Source: Blepharisma stoltei ATCC 30299 (lineage: Eukaryota; Protista; Ciliophora). From it: a stretch of DNA of 64,000 nucleotides. Of the stretch, positions 50,681 to 62,316 are shown piece by piece. A model generated the notes under the pieces. That model was given only the letters and a program-made list of their open reading frames with translations, was not told the DNA's origin and made no database searches. The stretch spans positions 434,001-498,000 of the forward strand of contig CBFDEM010000005.1 in assembly GCA_965603825.1 (NCBI GenBank). The letters are read 5' to 3'. Made by a program: the position numbers and the translations under genes. Each line of letters opens with the position of its first letter. Positions within the stretch are counted from its first letter, which is position 1.

Positions 50681-51103
50681 ATGAAGCAGAATCCTTCTGT
50701 AAGTAGCTCAAGAAGAAAATCCAGACAAGCCCATTTCGCAGCTCCTTCAAATATTCGAAGAAAGCTCATGAGCTCTCACTTATCTAAAGAGTTACGTGAC
50801 AAACATGGAGTAAGATCAATGCCTATTCGTAAAGGTGATGAAGTAATCGTGGTTAGAGGTCTCAACAAGACTCACGCTGGCAAAGTCATCACTGTTTACA
50901 GAAGAAAATTCAGAGTCCACATCGAAAGACTTACAAAAGAAAAAAGCAATGGTCAAACTGTTCATATTCCAATTCACCCTAGCAATGTTTACATCACCAA
51001 ACTAAAAATTGACAGAGATAGAAAGAATCTCATTGAGAGAAAGGCCGCTCACAACAAGAGCAAAGGAAAGTGGGCCAAGAAAGACATTTCTTCAGTCGAT
51101 TAA
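50681..51103 (+). CDS. RPL26: 60S ribosomal protein L26 (uL24)
   Basis: [55 protein letters not shown]. Confidence 0.97.
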   Translation: MKQNPSVSSSRRKSRQAHFAAPSNIRRKLMSSHLSKELRDKHGVRSMPIRKGDEVIVVRGLNKTHAGKVITVYRRKFRVHIERLTKEKSNGQTVHIPIHPSNVYITKLKIDRDRKNLIERKAAHNKSKGKWAKKDISSVD

Positions 51104-51140
51104 TCCTAAATTTCTTAGTCAAATTCTTATTAATATCAAT

Positions 51141-52692
51141 ATGGACTCATCGCCTCTAAGCAGAAGACATAGCATGGCTCGAGAAAATGCCGAAAAAGTT
51201 TTCAACTATTTAACAGCTCGCTATAAAGCAGAAACTGAAGCTACTTGTCAATCTTTAGGCTATTCTTTAGATGAGCTTAATCAGACGTAAGAAGTTATTT
51301 AGAAAATCAGCAGAGCAAAAAGAGCGTGGAACACCTTCAGATCTTGGGAAAATTAGGCATATCCATCATGAAGAAAGAAGAATGGCAAAAATCATGAAAT
51401 TAGCATCAGAAATGATTAACGTCATAGAAAGTAAAAAATAATCAGGAACTCCTTCGTTCGATAACTTATTGAAATCACTCAATATAACTGAAACAAAAAA
51501 ATCAGGCAAAAAGTATTTAAATTCTTCGCTGAATTATGAATCTTTACCTAGTTATACAAGCCAATTTTCCAAGCCCCAAGATGTAATCAATTATAACTAT
51601 AAAAAAGAAAAGGAAAAATTTAATAGAAGCTTAATGATCATTGATAGGCAAACTCAATTAAGAAAGCAAGAAAATAAAAGAAAACAAGAAAAGATGAAAA
51701 AATTTGAAGAGAGAGAAAGGAAACTAAAAGAAGAAATGCAAAAACGCGCAGAAGAGCACGAAAGATTTACTGCAAATATGAATGAAATTAGAAAACAGAG
51801 GCTTGAGAAAAAGGCTAAAATTGAAGCGGAATTCAGAAAACAGTGCAGAAAGCATGAAATTGATTTGGAAGAAAGAATGGAAAAATTGAGTGAAGAAAAT
51901 AAAGTACAGCTTAGAAGAAAATTGGAGAAAAAACATGCTGAAATTTTAAATAAAATAAAAGCTGACTATTCCAAAATTGTGCATGAAGAAGTAAAGGAAA
52001 ACACTGATAAAAAGTCTATGCTAAGAATGATGAGAGAAATTGAAGATAAAATTGAAAGAAGAGTTGTACAATACGAAAATAATGTAAAACAAAGAGTCCA
52101 AACAGCAAAAGAGCACTCTGAAAAAGTTGATAAAGTTATGAGTCAAAGCCAAATCGACGAAATGAAAAGGAAAGAAGAAAAATTAAAACAAATTGTCGAA
52201 AAATCCAGAAAAATAGAAAATATGCTTGGAAAAAAAGAAGATCTTGCCCATTTGAATTCAGAAAAAGTAAAAAATGTGTTAGAAAAAAAATTTGACCGAA
52301 AAGAGCAAGGGATAAAAGAAGTAAAATCTGAATTTAATAAAAAATTGCACGAAATCGAAGAAAAAGACGAGAAAAAAACGAAATTTTTTGATGGGTTTGC
52401 TAAGCATGTACAAAAAATTGTAAAAGAAAAAATTCAGAAAAATTCTGATGTAAAGCAAAACCAAACAACTAATTATGAAAAATGCTGCGAAGATTATGAA
52501 AGGTTTAAGGATAAAGTAATGCAAAAGCATTTTAGGCTTTCTCGCTTAGCTGAAGATATAAAGACGCATAGGCAAAATTTATCAGCCCTTAAGAGGAGAA
52601 GCAATTTAGAAGTCAATATACTTCGCAATGCTGCTACTTCGAACAGTCCTATGAAGAGAAGTGAGATTAAAGCATTGAGAGAAACATTTTAG
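51141..52692 (+). CDS. Coiled-coil K/E-rich protein, 506 aa; 16-nt and 15-nt introns
   Basis: Introns 51287-51302 and 51431-51445 give a continuous ORF to TAG. Confidence 0.8.
51287..51302 (+). other. 16-nt intron GTAAGAAGTTATTTAG
   Basis: Restores the frame. Confidence 0.8.
51431..51445 (+). other. 15-nt intron GTAAAAAATAATCAG
   Basis: Phase 1; contains an in-frame TAA. Confidence 0.8.
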
Positions 52693-53079
52693 TTAAAAAA
52701 TTGATTTTTTAAGTTTAAATTTATAATTACTCATATAAATTAATTAATATTCTCATAGCATTATATGCAAAAATAAGGAATTAGGGAAGCCTTCAGAGAA
52801 AACTAGCACAAAATATGTGATGGAATTGATAATGTGGTGCTCGAAGTAATGATGGAGGACTCAAGCGAAGCAAAGCGGATAAGCAAATCAAGGTATTCCA
52901 TGCAAACTGACTATTAAGAATCCATAAGGATTTCAAAAATGCGACAGCATTGCTATTAGTAATGATAATGACATGAAAAAATATTAGGATCAGTCATTGA
53001 ATTATCAAATTTTCAGATAACTAAATAAAAGATAATTTTTTACCATATTAGAAATAAGTATAAAATATAACATAATAAA

Positions 53080-54156
53080 ATGAGAATAAAGGTCATATTT
53101 CAAGATGGACTTAGTGAAAGATATCACAAAGTTTGGTGCGCCATACCTAAAGACATTGATAAAACTGAAGATCTCCGAAAATATTTAATAAAAACATTTT
53201 TTGTCAAGGGGAATCAAAAATGTATAGTAGAGATGGACGGATTTGAAATACCAGATCTTATGGATATCAATGAGCTTATTAAAGAAGATGAAGTTTTAAC
53301 TTTAAAACAAAAAGAAAAACCAAAAATAGAGAAAAAGGCTGTAAAGGGAATATCTAGCTCTGAGTCTCCAAGTGAAAAATCTAAATCTTCTTGTGAAGAA
53401 TCATTATCTTCGGATGATGACTTGCCCAAAAAGAAGAAACGAAAGTTCAGCAATGAAAAAGTCCAGAAAATCGATAATGAAGACAAGGGGACCAATAATA
53501 TAGGCACAAAAGTTAATTTATACAAAAAGAAAAACGATAAGCAGCTTAAGCGTATTCAAAAAACTAATCCAAAAATAGAAGCCTATTCAGGTACGCACAT
53601 AAAATTTAACGAGTCAGGATCTAAAATTTATAACCCGAAAATATCGCCTGAGCTTAATATTAAAACTCCCGCAGAAGAATTTGAAGAAAAAAAATCTTCT
53701 TGAAAAATAAAGCCAATTCCTAAAAGGAAGCCAAAATTCAACGTCGCTACCCAATCAATTTTGAACACTGACGGAACTCCTAAGCAATTCATCAAGAGGT
53801 TTGGTGAAATCAATCCAGAATTGGAAATCCGTGAGATCTACGAATTTGATGAAAATGATTATGAGCTAGCCAACATAAATCAAATAAAAGAAGGCGATGA
53901 AATTTTATTTAAAACTTTGGAATTAAATGAGGAGACATTGACGCCTGCAATGTCTGAAGTAAAAAGAGGGAAAGTTGCTAGTTTAGAAGATGGAAAAGTA
54001 ACTATTGTATTGATGAGAGAAATTGATGAAGAGGAAAATAAAAAAATTGGAGAATTGGACATTGTTGATGATTTGCTCATGGAAAAATTTCAAATTACAA
54101 TAGAAAAGAAATGGTTAGTTGATGTAAAAATCAAGAAAAATAATAAGGTAAGTTAA
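53080..54156 (+). CDS. COIL: Coilin-like protein, 358 aa
   Basis: N-domain MRIKVIF..W..DLRKYL..MDGFEIP..LIKEDEVL; NLS PKKKKRK; HIKF; Tudor-like GDEILFKTLEL..TPAMSEVKRGKV; TGA53701 read through. Confidence 0.75.
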
Positions 54157-54177
54157 AATAGATTTCATTATTTTTCA

Positions 54178-54948
54178 TTAGGGAGTTAAAGGATTCCATG
54201 AAGGTGTAAATTTCAGTATTGTGCCGCTTTGTTTATTTTTAAAAAATTCATCTCAAGAATGGCTCTTCAGTTTTGAATTTGAAGACTGCATATTACTTGC
54301 TATTGAAATTTCAATATTTCTCGAATTACTTGAATTTCATAGTAAATCAGCTATTTCTTCATTTTTAGCAGAGCTAAAAGTTCCTAATAACTTGTAAAAT
54401 CGAATAATCCAAATCATAAAAATTAATGAAAGAAGAGTTGACAATAACGCAAGTCCAGCATAGTCATACCTTTTAATGCGAAAAATTAAAGTCATCCTTA
54501 AAATGTTGATAATTGCCATTATAAGCATATAGGCCAATAATAGCTTTTTGCTTAGTCTCAAAGCTCCTAGATATCCTATAGTTGGGAAAAAAGCAATGAT
54601 AACAAGAGGCCATATATCACTAAATGCAAAAATAAAGCAGAGCAAACTATTTACAGCTGAAGTTATCATTACACGTATTGCTAGACTGCTAATTTCTTCA
54701 AGTTTAAGAGACTCTCTATCATTTAATCCTGGATCTGTGCTTGAATTTTGATTATTAAATGAATTGTTTCTAAATGTAATAGTAAATTGTGATGGCTGCT
54801 GTCCTTCATCAATATTGAAATTGTTTAATTTTCTGGGAAATTTTTCATTTGAAAGTGATAGTTCTTGTTGGATTTTAATATTTTGCACTTTCTTTTGTGT
54901 TTTCAACTCTATTCCATGATTCATATTGTTTTTAATATTGCATCTCAT
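54178..54948 (-). CDS. Uncharacterised ~4-TM membrane protein, up to 256 aa
   Basis: Extends through TGA54337 and TGA54253 to TAA54178; hydrophobic segments; start uncertain. Confidence 0.7.
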
Positions 54949-55111
54949 GCTATGTCGATTAAATAAATAAATTAATTAGATAATAATTCAACAAAAATAT
55001 TTCTATTCAAACTTAACTTATAATAAATTTATTTGCATTTAAGATTTGTCTCCAATCTTTAATGAAATTCTTAATATCCCATTCTAAATGTATTTTTATT
55101 AACATACCAAT

Positions 55112-55498
55112 ATGAAAAATCAATCCCAAATCCCTCATTCATTATCTCCTAGGATGAACCCAAAAAGACTTTTGCTGTTGAACTCTAGCAAATTCGATCA
55201 CAAGCTTCCTCCTATATCACTAACACCTGGCAGAAGACCCAAATATCTAAACAATTTTGAAGAGCTTAAAAAAATGACTGATGCTTTCGAAGAAAATAAA
55301 CTAAATCATAGCATAACTGCGAAGCCAATAAAAATATTTAAATTTGACCATAAGGAAATCCCTCCTGAGCAAATCCCATGATCATCAAATTTAATGAATT
55401 GGAAATCCGTACTTGAAGAACAAAAAGAGTTCGTCGTTATGCTAAAGAAAATCGAGCTAAGCAATTGGGTATTAAAGAAAACGAAGCAAATAAAATAG
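55112..55498 (+). CDS. Uncharacterised small basic protein, ~128 aa (3' end uncertain)
   Basis: ATG55112, TGA55379 read through, TAG55496. Confidence 0.55.
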
Positions 55499-55850
55499 AG
55501 AGATTGAGTTATCGCTAGGACGTTTATAAGAAGAAATTAAGCAGTGTTTAGTTTGGAATTAATCTAAACTTTTTTATGCCTATTTAAAGAGAAAAATAAC
55601 TGAACATAAATAATGCTATAGAAATATTGCATTTTCTATATTACCGCGTGGTTGTGTTATACTTAGGCCTTATTTTAATATGATAATGCTAAAAATTTTC
55701 TAAAAATATTTTCTTCTGCCTAATACGTTTAAAAAGTTCTATATAAATTACTAATTATATAGCTATGAGATTTTTCACTTTATCAGTTATTTATTATTTA
55801 AACATTTTCGGTGAACAAATCTCTCGATTATAAGAGAAATGCTATTATAA

Positions 55851-56411
55851 ATGGCAGAGTCATTAGAAACGCAAATAGGTGATGCAGATGATCTTGAAGA
55901 CAGGCTAAGTGTTATGGAAAGTGTTGTAGAGCAAATGAAAGCTACATTTATTACGCGAGCGCAACTTGAAGTTTTGCTTAATCAATATATCATTCTTGAA
56001 GATTCTATTTTATTAGGCTTGCAATCTCTTGCAAAAACTGCAGAAGATCCTTCAGTGCAGCAACAAATAACAGCTTGTGCAGAGAAATTCAATGAATATG
56101 GCTCTGATTATCAAGATACATGAACTGAAGAATTCTGAAGTATTTATGAACTTATTCGTGAAGGCTACCAAAAATCAGGGAAAAAGAAAACTGGCGTCGA
56201 AATTGCAAATCAAATTGCAGACGTTCAGGAAATCGCACTTACTTTAAATAGAATTTCTAGAGGAAACACAGTTGAAGGAGCAGGAAAAAAAGTTCTTGAA
56301 GAGGTAGATGAGCTTTCAAAGAAATACAAATCAAGCACTTTGATTGTGCCAGAGAGAGAAGAAGAGCCTAAACAGCAAAAAAAATGTTCTAGCAAATGTT
56401 TGGTGATGTAA
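55851..56411 (+). CDS. Uncharacterised helical protein with C-terminal CaaX (KKCSSKCLVM), 186 aa
   Basis: Two TGA read through; ends CLVM-TAA. Confidence 0.8.
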
Positions 56412-56464
56412 TCAAGAAATATTTTAAATTAATTTATAAATTTAGGATTTTTATTAGTATATAA

Positions 56465-57385
56465 ATGGCAAAGTGGATTGTTGACACCGATGCAGGCATC
56501 GATGATGCCCAAGCATTGATTTTAGGGCTTTCCACTCCAGGGTTTGATATAATTGCAATAACAACAGTTACAGGGAACACAAAAGAAGAAGATGTGTTCT
56601 ATAACACTTCTGAAATTTTGAGGGTTTGCGATAGAGAAGACATACCTATCTATCGCGGTGCCCGATCCCCAATACTTAGAAATAACGTTTTTGCAAGCCA
56701 TTTTCATGGCATTGATGGCCTAGGAGAGTATTGGTCTAGACATGAGAGGCCATCATTTCCTCAAAGAAATCTTGAAACTGCATCTCAAGCAATTGTCAGA
56801 TTGTCAAAAGAACATAGCGATTTAAGTTTATTATGTCTAGGGCCATTAACAAACTTTGCTACTGCCTTGCTTATAGATCCAAATATAAAATTTACTCAAG
56901 TCATTGCAATGGGTGGAAATTCTAATTGTATAGGTAACATCACTCAATTGGCTGAATTTAATTTCTATGCTGATCCAGAAGCTGCCCAAATTGTACTGAA
57001 GCGGTACCCTTTTACAACATTAGTGACATGGGAGCTTACATTTATGGAAGAGCTGCTTTTTGATAAAGAAAAAAGCGAACTTTGGTATTCTGACACTAAA
57101 AAAGGAGAATTTATAAGGGATATCACTTCTTGGGTGCTAGATAGATGTGAAAAAACAGCCACTTGTGATTCTGTTGCTATGGCCGTTGCAATTGATCAAA
57201 CACTAATAATGGAATATGAAGATCAGCCTGGAGAAGTTTGCATTGAAAATGGGATCACAAGTGGAATGGTTATTGTGTATAGGAATAAACAACGTTATGG
57301 TGATATGGCGATTAATATCAGGCTGATCAATAAAATAAACGCAGAAAGGTTTTGGGAAATGATGTTCCAGAGTACAAAAGGTTAA
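56465..57385 (+). CDS. Inosine/uridine-preferring nucleoside hydrolase, 306 aa
   Basis: DTDAGIDD, HGIDGLG, LGPLTN, AEFNFYADPEAA. Confidence 0.93.
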   Translation: MAKWIVDTDAGIDDAQALILGLSTPGFDIIAITTVTGNTKEEDVFYNTSEILRVCDREDIPIYRGARSPILRNNVFASHFHGIDGLGEYWSRHERPSFPQRNLETASQAIVRLSKEHSDLSLLCLGPLTNFATALLIDPNIKFTQVIAMGGNSNCIGNITQLAEFNFYADPEAAQIVLKRYPFTTLVTWELTFMEELLFDKEKSELWYSDTKKGEFIRDITSWVLDRCEKTATCDSVAMAVAIDQTLIMEYEDQPGEVCIENGITSGMVIVYRNKQRYGDMAINIRLINKINAERFWEMMFQSTKG

Positions 57386-57617
57386 TTAAATGATATTATT
57401 TATTAATATTAAAAAATACAAGTGAGAAAAATTCTTCATTTAAAATGCTTCATTTTTTAAAATTATTTGGTATAAAAATATAAAGTGGCAATTAGGATTG
57501 GGGAGAAAATCGTTGCAACAATATCATCATTTACTGAAATGCACATTAATGAGAATATAAATAATTAATTGATTTAATTGATAGATATAAAATCCATAAA
57601 AATTATAGAAACAACTT

Positions 57618-58583
57618 TTAAAATGTAATGCACCTAGAGCAAGTTCCAGCACGTTTACTTGACACTCTTGAATTTCTTTCTTTTTGGCGAATTATTTCTA
57701 GTTTTGACTGCATGTTTGGATATACTTCTGACATTGTCCGTTTCGGAAGCTTAGAATCCAGCACTTCATATTTTATTTCAGGCTCTTCATCAGAACTCGA
57801 ACTTTCTGATAGGTGATAAAACTCTTCAGCTGAATAAAACCTCTTTCGATGTGTGCTTTCAATTAATTCGGAAGGGTTAAGTGCTTGATTTTCTTTATCA
57901 ACTTTAAAATTATTTAAATGTTGATTGTCTACAAGCTTGATATTAAATTCATCTGACTCCAGAGTGCTCCAAGTCAATCTTGATGAATTTGAGGAATTTT
58001 CAATGGCATTTTCATGGATTAGTAAATTATTCATTGATGACGTCATCTTTATGCTTTGAAGAAATTCAAATTTTCTATTGAAATCTTTTATCGCTGATAG
58101 TATATGGCTTTCTTCAGCTCTGCATTGTAAATCAATATGAGAGTCATTTGATTTATTTTCATTTATTTCGCTCATTGCAACGCTGACACTTAGAAAAGCT
58201 TCGTCATCTGAAATATTTTCTATTGGAACGTTCTTTTTTATTATTGGATTTCCTGAAACTGCTATTTCGGAGATTTCCAATACAGCGTGTCCAATTTTAA
58301 ATTTAGTATTTCCGTTTATTACAATAATATAAAAATCCAAGGTTTTTTGGTAATATTTATCTTGCTCGCAAAACATAGTGATATCAAAAGTTAGCAGTTC
58401 TTCTATTGAAGTCTCTCAACTCACTTTGTTATATTCTTTTGGTTCTGCTATAATTTCTGATTTTTTTCTCTTGATGATTACTTGGATTTGCTCAGCTTCT
58501 TCAAGCTTGATTTTGATGGAATGTATGCTGACTTCCAAAGAGTATTTTAATCGTAAGGCTGAGTTGTGGCTGGTGGAGATCAT
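57618..58583 (-). CDS. NT-type C2 domain protein with C-terminal CaaX (CSRCITF), ~321 aa
   Basis: KYSLEVSIHSI..VIIKRK..[W]..FDITMF..YYQK..KIGHAVLEISE; TGA58416 read through; alternative start at 58613. Confidence 0.7.
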
Positions 58584-58692
58584 ATTTTTTATTATAGTAA
58601 AATGATGAGTCATATTTAGAAATTCTGAAAACAATAATTAGTATAGACTTAAAATTCCCAGAAAAAGAATTTTTGTAAAATATATATATAAA

Positions 58693-59157
58693 ATGTTGCA
58701 TCTCTCCAGAGTAGCTCGTAGATTCTTCGCAGAAGTCGTCAAAACTGATTATATGGTCGTCAAAATGTATACCCCTACAGCCAGCCTCTTCAATGGTGCT
58801 ACTGATATCGAATCAATCTACTTTGAAACATTAGATGGTGGGAAAGGAGTCATGAATGCTCAACACATGACATATCAGACCACCCTTCTCCCTGGACTTA
58901 TTGAAGTTCACTTCAAAGCTGGCCAAAGCAAGAAAATAGTCCATGTTGGTGGCATCCTTCAGAAAAATACCGACAATTCGGTTGATATTGCCCTATTTGA
59001 AGCTTTTGAAAAAGGAGACTTGGATTGGGATGCTTTAAAGAAGAGTGATGTTTTTGCTAATGAGCCAATAGGAGAAACAGGAGCAGATGTTGATTTTTTG
59101 AAAAAAGTTGGCCTTCAGCTTAGAGATGAAGTCTCAAATGCAGCAGCTAATCTTTAA
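58693..59157 (+). CDS. Mitochondrial F1 ATP synthase subunit delta, 154 aa
   Basis: Presequence [12 protein letters not shown]; [23 protein letters not shown]. Confidence 0.75.
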   Translation: MLHLSRVARRFFAEVVKTDYMVVKMYTPTASLFNGATDIESIYFETLDGGKGVMNAQHMTYQTTLLPGLIEVHFKAGQSKKIVHVGGILQKNTDNSVDIALFEAFEKGDLDWDALKKSDVFANEPIGETGADVDFLKKVGLQLRDEVSNAAANL

Positions 59158-59291
59158 TATAAAGGCTTAGAATCGAAAGAAGTAGGCTATTTAAATTTTA
59201 AACTTATGATTCCATTTGGCCTTTTTCTCTTCTTAGAATAAGCTATAATTTTCATAAGAAACATGCATTTGTTGAATATAAGAAATTAATT

Positions 59292-59627
59292 TTATTGGAA
59301 TGTTTGAGAAATTTTAATAAAGATTGGCAATCTAGGTTTTGCTGATGCCACGACATGTTTAAATTGGCATCTCTCTCCATAAGCACAAAATCCGCTTTCT
59401 GTAAAATGTTTACATTCTTTTATTTTCTGAGCATCCTTGCCTCTCAGTTCATCCTTTCCATGAGCGAACGCACAGCCGTCTCCAAACTGACAGTGCCCAT
59501 TAACCCAGTTTTTACAGATTTCTGTCTTATACTTTACTTGAAAGTCAGATTGACCATTAGTTTTCGCTAGATTTCTGCTTTCTTTGTCAAAATCATTATC
59601 TAGGCGTTTAATAGAGGATGTCAACAT
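59292..59627 (-). CDS. Tandem CCCH zinc-finger protein (ZFP36/TTP-like), 111 aa
   Basis: KYKTEIC-x8-C-x5-C-x3-H, second finger CKHFTESGFCAYGERCQFKH, C-terminal RLPIF. Confidence 0.9.
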   Translation of the reverse strand: MLTSSIKRLDNDFDKESRNLAKTNGQSDFQVKYKTEICKNWVNGHCQFGDGCAFAHGKDELRGKDAQKIKECKHFTESGFCAYGERCQFKHVVASAKPRLPIFIKISQTFQ

Positions 59628-60278
59628 TAATTTTTATTATAGCCAGGCAAAATCAATGGCATATTTTATTTAACGACCGAATTAGAAATATCTCATTTCT
59701 GCTTGCTTTGCTATTTATCTGACAAAAATTAATTTAATCCGAATTCGCAGCAAAATGAAAAATTCTCAGCTGGCTTAGGTTAAATTTTAGTATGATTCAT
59801 ATATTATTCAATTAAAAAGATTATTAAAAGGGGAATTTTCATGGATATCAGAAAATTTTAAATTAATAATCGGAATAGGATATGATGAAATTCTAGAATA
59901 TTCAGTAAATATGATTACCACGCCACTCAATGTGAAATTTTAATGATATTTAGATCTGTTTCTGGTCAATTTTTATTATCCTAGTCCCGCCTTTTAAAAA
60001 TAAATTTAAGGTTAACGAAAGCAATTTTTTATAGTAAACAGGTTATATAATTCATGCAATTATTTATTATCTGTATCACAGAGCATTTTATAAGCAATTA
60101 ATTGTGTTTTTGTAATTTTTTAGATTTATAATTTTTACTTTAAAGAGGCACTCTGGGTCATCTTGTATCTTTTATATTTAAGATTAATTAATTAAAAGAA
60201 GTATTTTATGTTTCTATTATTGGGTACGGAAACTTATAAAACTATTTTTAAAACATTAAATTAGAGGGGTCAATATTA

Positions 60279-61391
60279 TTAGTTAAAAGCTAAAGCCATT
60301 ACTAAAGCTGGCAAAATAACAGAAAATCCTCCATTGTCCATTTGATAATCACTTTGTGCATCCCAATATAACGAAGTATAAACATTCTGCACGCATTGAT
60401 CGTTATTTTGTAAATAAGGATGCATTACATATGCATAATACCAATACTTAACTGCATCATAAAGCTTATAATTCACATTTTTCATGCATGAGAAGCTCCA
60501 TCTCGCTTCAGTATTGCAAGCCACAACTAATAAACTTTGTTGCCACTTTTTAAGCTGGTTTAGTAAATTTACCCCAGGTTTGTCTCCAGGGAAAGGAACG
60601 CAATATCCTTGCGCTTGAGAATTATAACCACAAGAGCATTTTGTATTAGCAATATTTCCATTGCTCGTCCCCCAGCAGTCAGCATCTGAAACACACTTAT
60701 GAGGAAGATTATTATTTGATACAATCCCAGGAATGCATTGACTTTTACCATTGCTTGTAGTGTTGCATTGAGCACTTGCGCACAATAGGGAGACAGAATT
60801 TTCACAAGTTTGCAAAGGTTGGCTCACCGCAATTGAAAAATAAGGTTTGCAGATTCCTGGATTTCCTGAAGCTGGGTTATAGTCACATCCGCATGTGGTT
60901 ACACAGTCAGTGTCATTTTTACAGCCAGACTCGCCAGGTCTCAGTAGTTCTATACAAGTATTAACACTGCAGCCTAATCCAGGCTCACAATCTTCATTTT
61001 GCTGGCAGGTTTCAGCATATCCCGAGCCGACACAGATTTCATTATTACAATAATTGCTTATACAACTGGAATTTCCAGAGCAAGGATATTCTCCTGGATA
61101 TAGGTTGGTTCATTCTGTCTGAGGGACAGAGCATTTAACTGGAGTATTGGCTGGGACGTCAGTGGGTTCACAATAGTTGCCGGATATATCTGAATGATCA
61201 CAAGGGTTAACAAGGAAAGTTGTAGTTGTCTTATTGTAGGTTATACAATAAGAAAACAGGGTTGATGTGCGTGATGGATTAGGGTCACATTGATACTTAT
61301 TGCAGACTATTGAAGCTGTGCTTGGAGAATCTGTGGCTGGATAGAAAATTTGACTAGCTACCAAGCATGGTAGAAGAAAAAGGAGTACCAT
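60279..61391 (-). CDS. Cysteine-rich surface protein, signal peptide plus probable GPI signal, 370 aa
   Basis: Hydrophobic N- and C-termini; C-x4-D-C modules; TGA61110 read through. Confidence 0.82.
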
Positions 61392-62316
61392 ATTATATGC
61401 AGTGCTGGAGAATTGTTGAATAATTTAGATAAAATATTTTTTACAATAAAATCTTTCTCTGTAGTGTTTTGCTCATGTTTGGATTATAAGCTAAATTGAC
61501 CATTTTTCAGATGTAAAGCTTTGTATTAAGCAATGAGCGATAATTTGCAAGTGAGCAATTTAATTTTTAAGATACATATAAGTCTTAGAAGATTTTTATA
61601 GTTTATTTTACGATAAAGTAAAGGAAGTAAAATTTTCAATCATTCGGCTTTGCTAACCTTTTAAATTAAGATTAGAAATCATACCAATATAAATATTTAA
61701 AAGACAAAGAAATTGCCACTGATAAAGATCATTATTCTAAAAGGTCGATAATGAATATCAGAAATTTCTTTAAAGCTTAATTTTCACATATAAAAATGTC
61801 CAATGAAAAATCATCTATTTAGCTTATAAATGAAATAATAAGATCAAAAATTATGAGGAGATGAAGGCAAAAATAATGCATAGCTTCATGCTGTTTAGAT
61901 GCATCAAATCAGATAGCGTAATTTCATCTGTCTAGAGCTAATCCAAACTCTATGCAAAGTTTGCACCAAATCAGCTTTTCAGTCAGATTTTTATTCTTGA
62001 AAAGAATTATTGCGTGAATTGTTAATTCTTCAGACTTATCTATTATTTAAATAAATTAAATATTAGCATAGAGCATAGCTTTAGCCACATATCAGAATCT
62101 ACTTAAGTATATAATTTTCTATAAAGTTTTATATTATTGTTATTTCTGGAATAAGCAATAAAATAAGAAAAAGCTCGAGCAATCTGCAATTTAAATATAT
62201 AAGGCTTCTAGCATTAAAACATAATTTAAGATGATATAAAATTGTCTTAGCATAATCAGTAATTTCAGCTCTTCAATATTAAGTATAATGTATTTGCCAG
62301 AATGGTATAAAATTAT

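Noticed and set aside
52765-53030. Purine-rich coding-like patch
   Set aside because: Interrupted by TAA/TAG in the frames I read; no supportable product.
54148-54161. Intron-like GTAAGTTAAAATAG at the end of the coilin gene
   Set aside because: It is 14 nt, outside the 15-16-nt class, and splicing it would push the CDS into the convergent gene.
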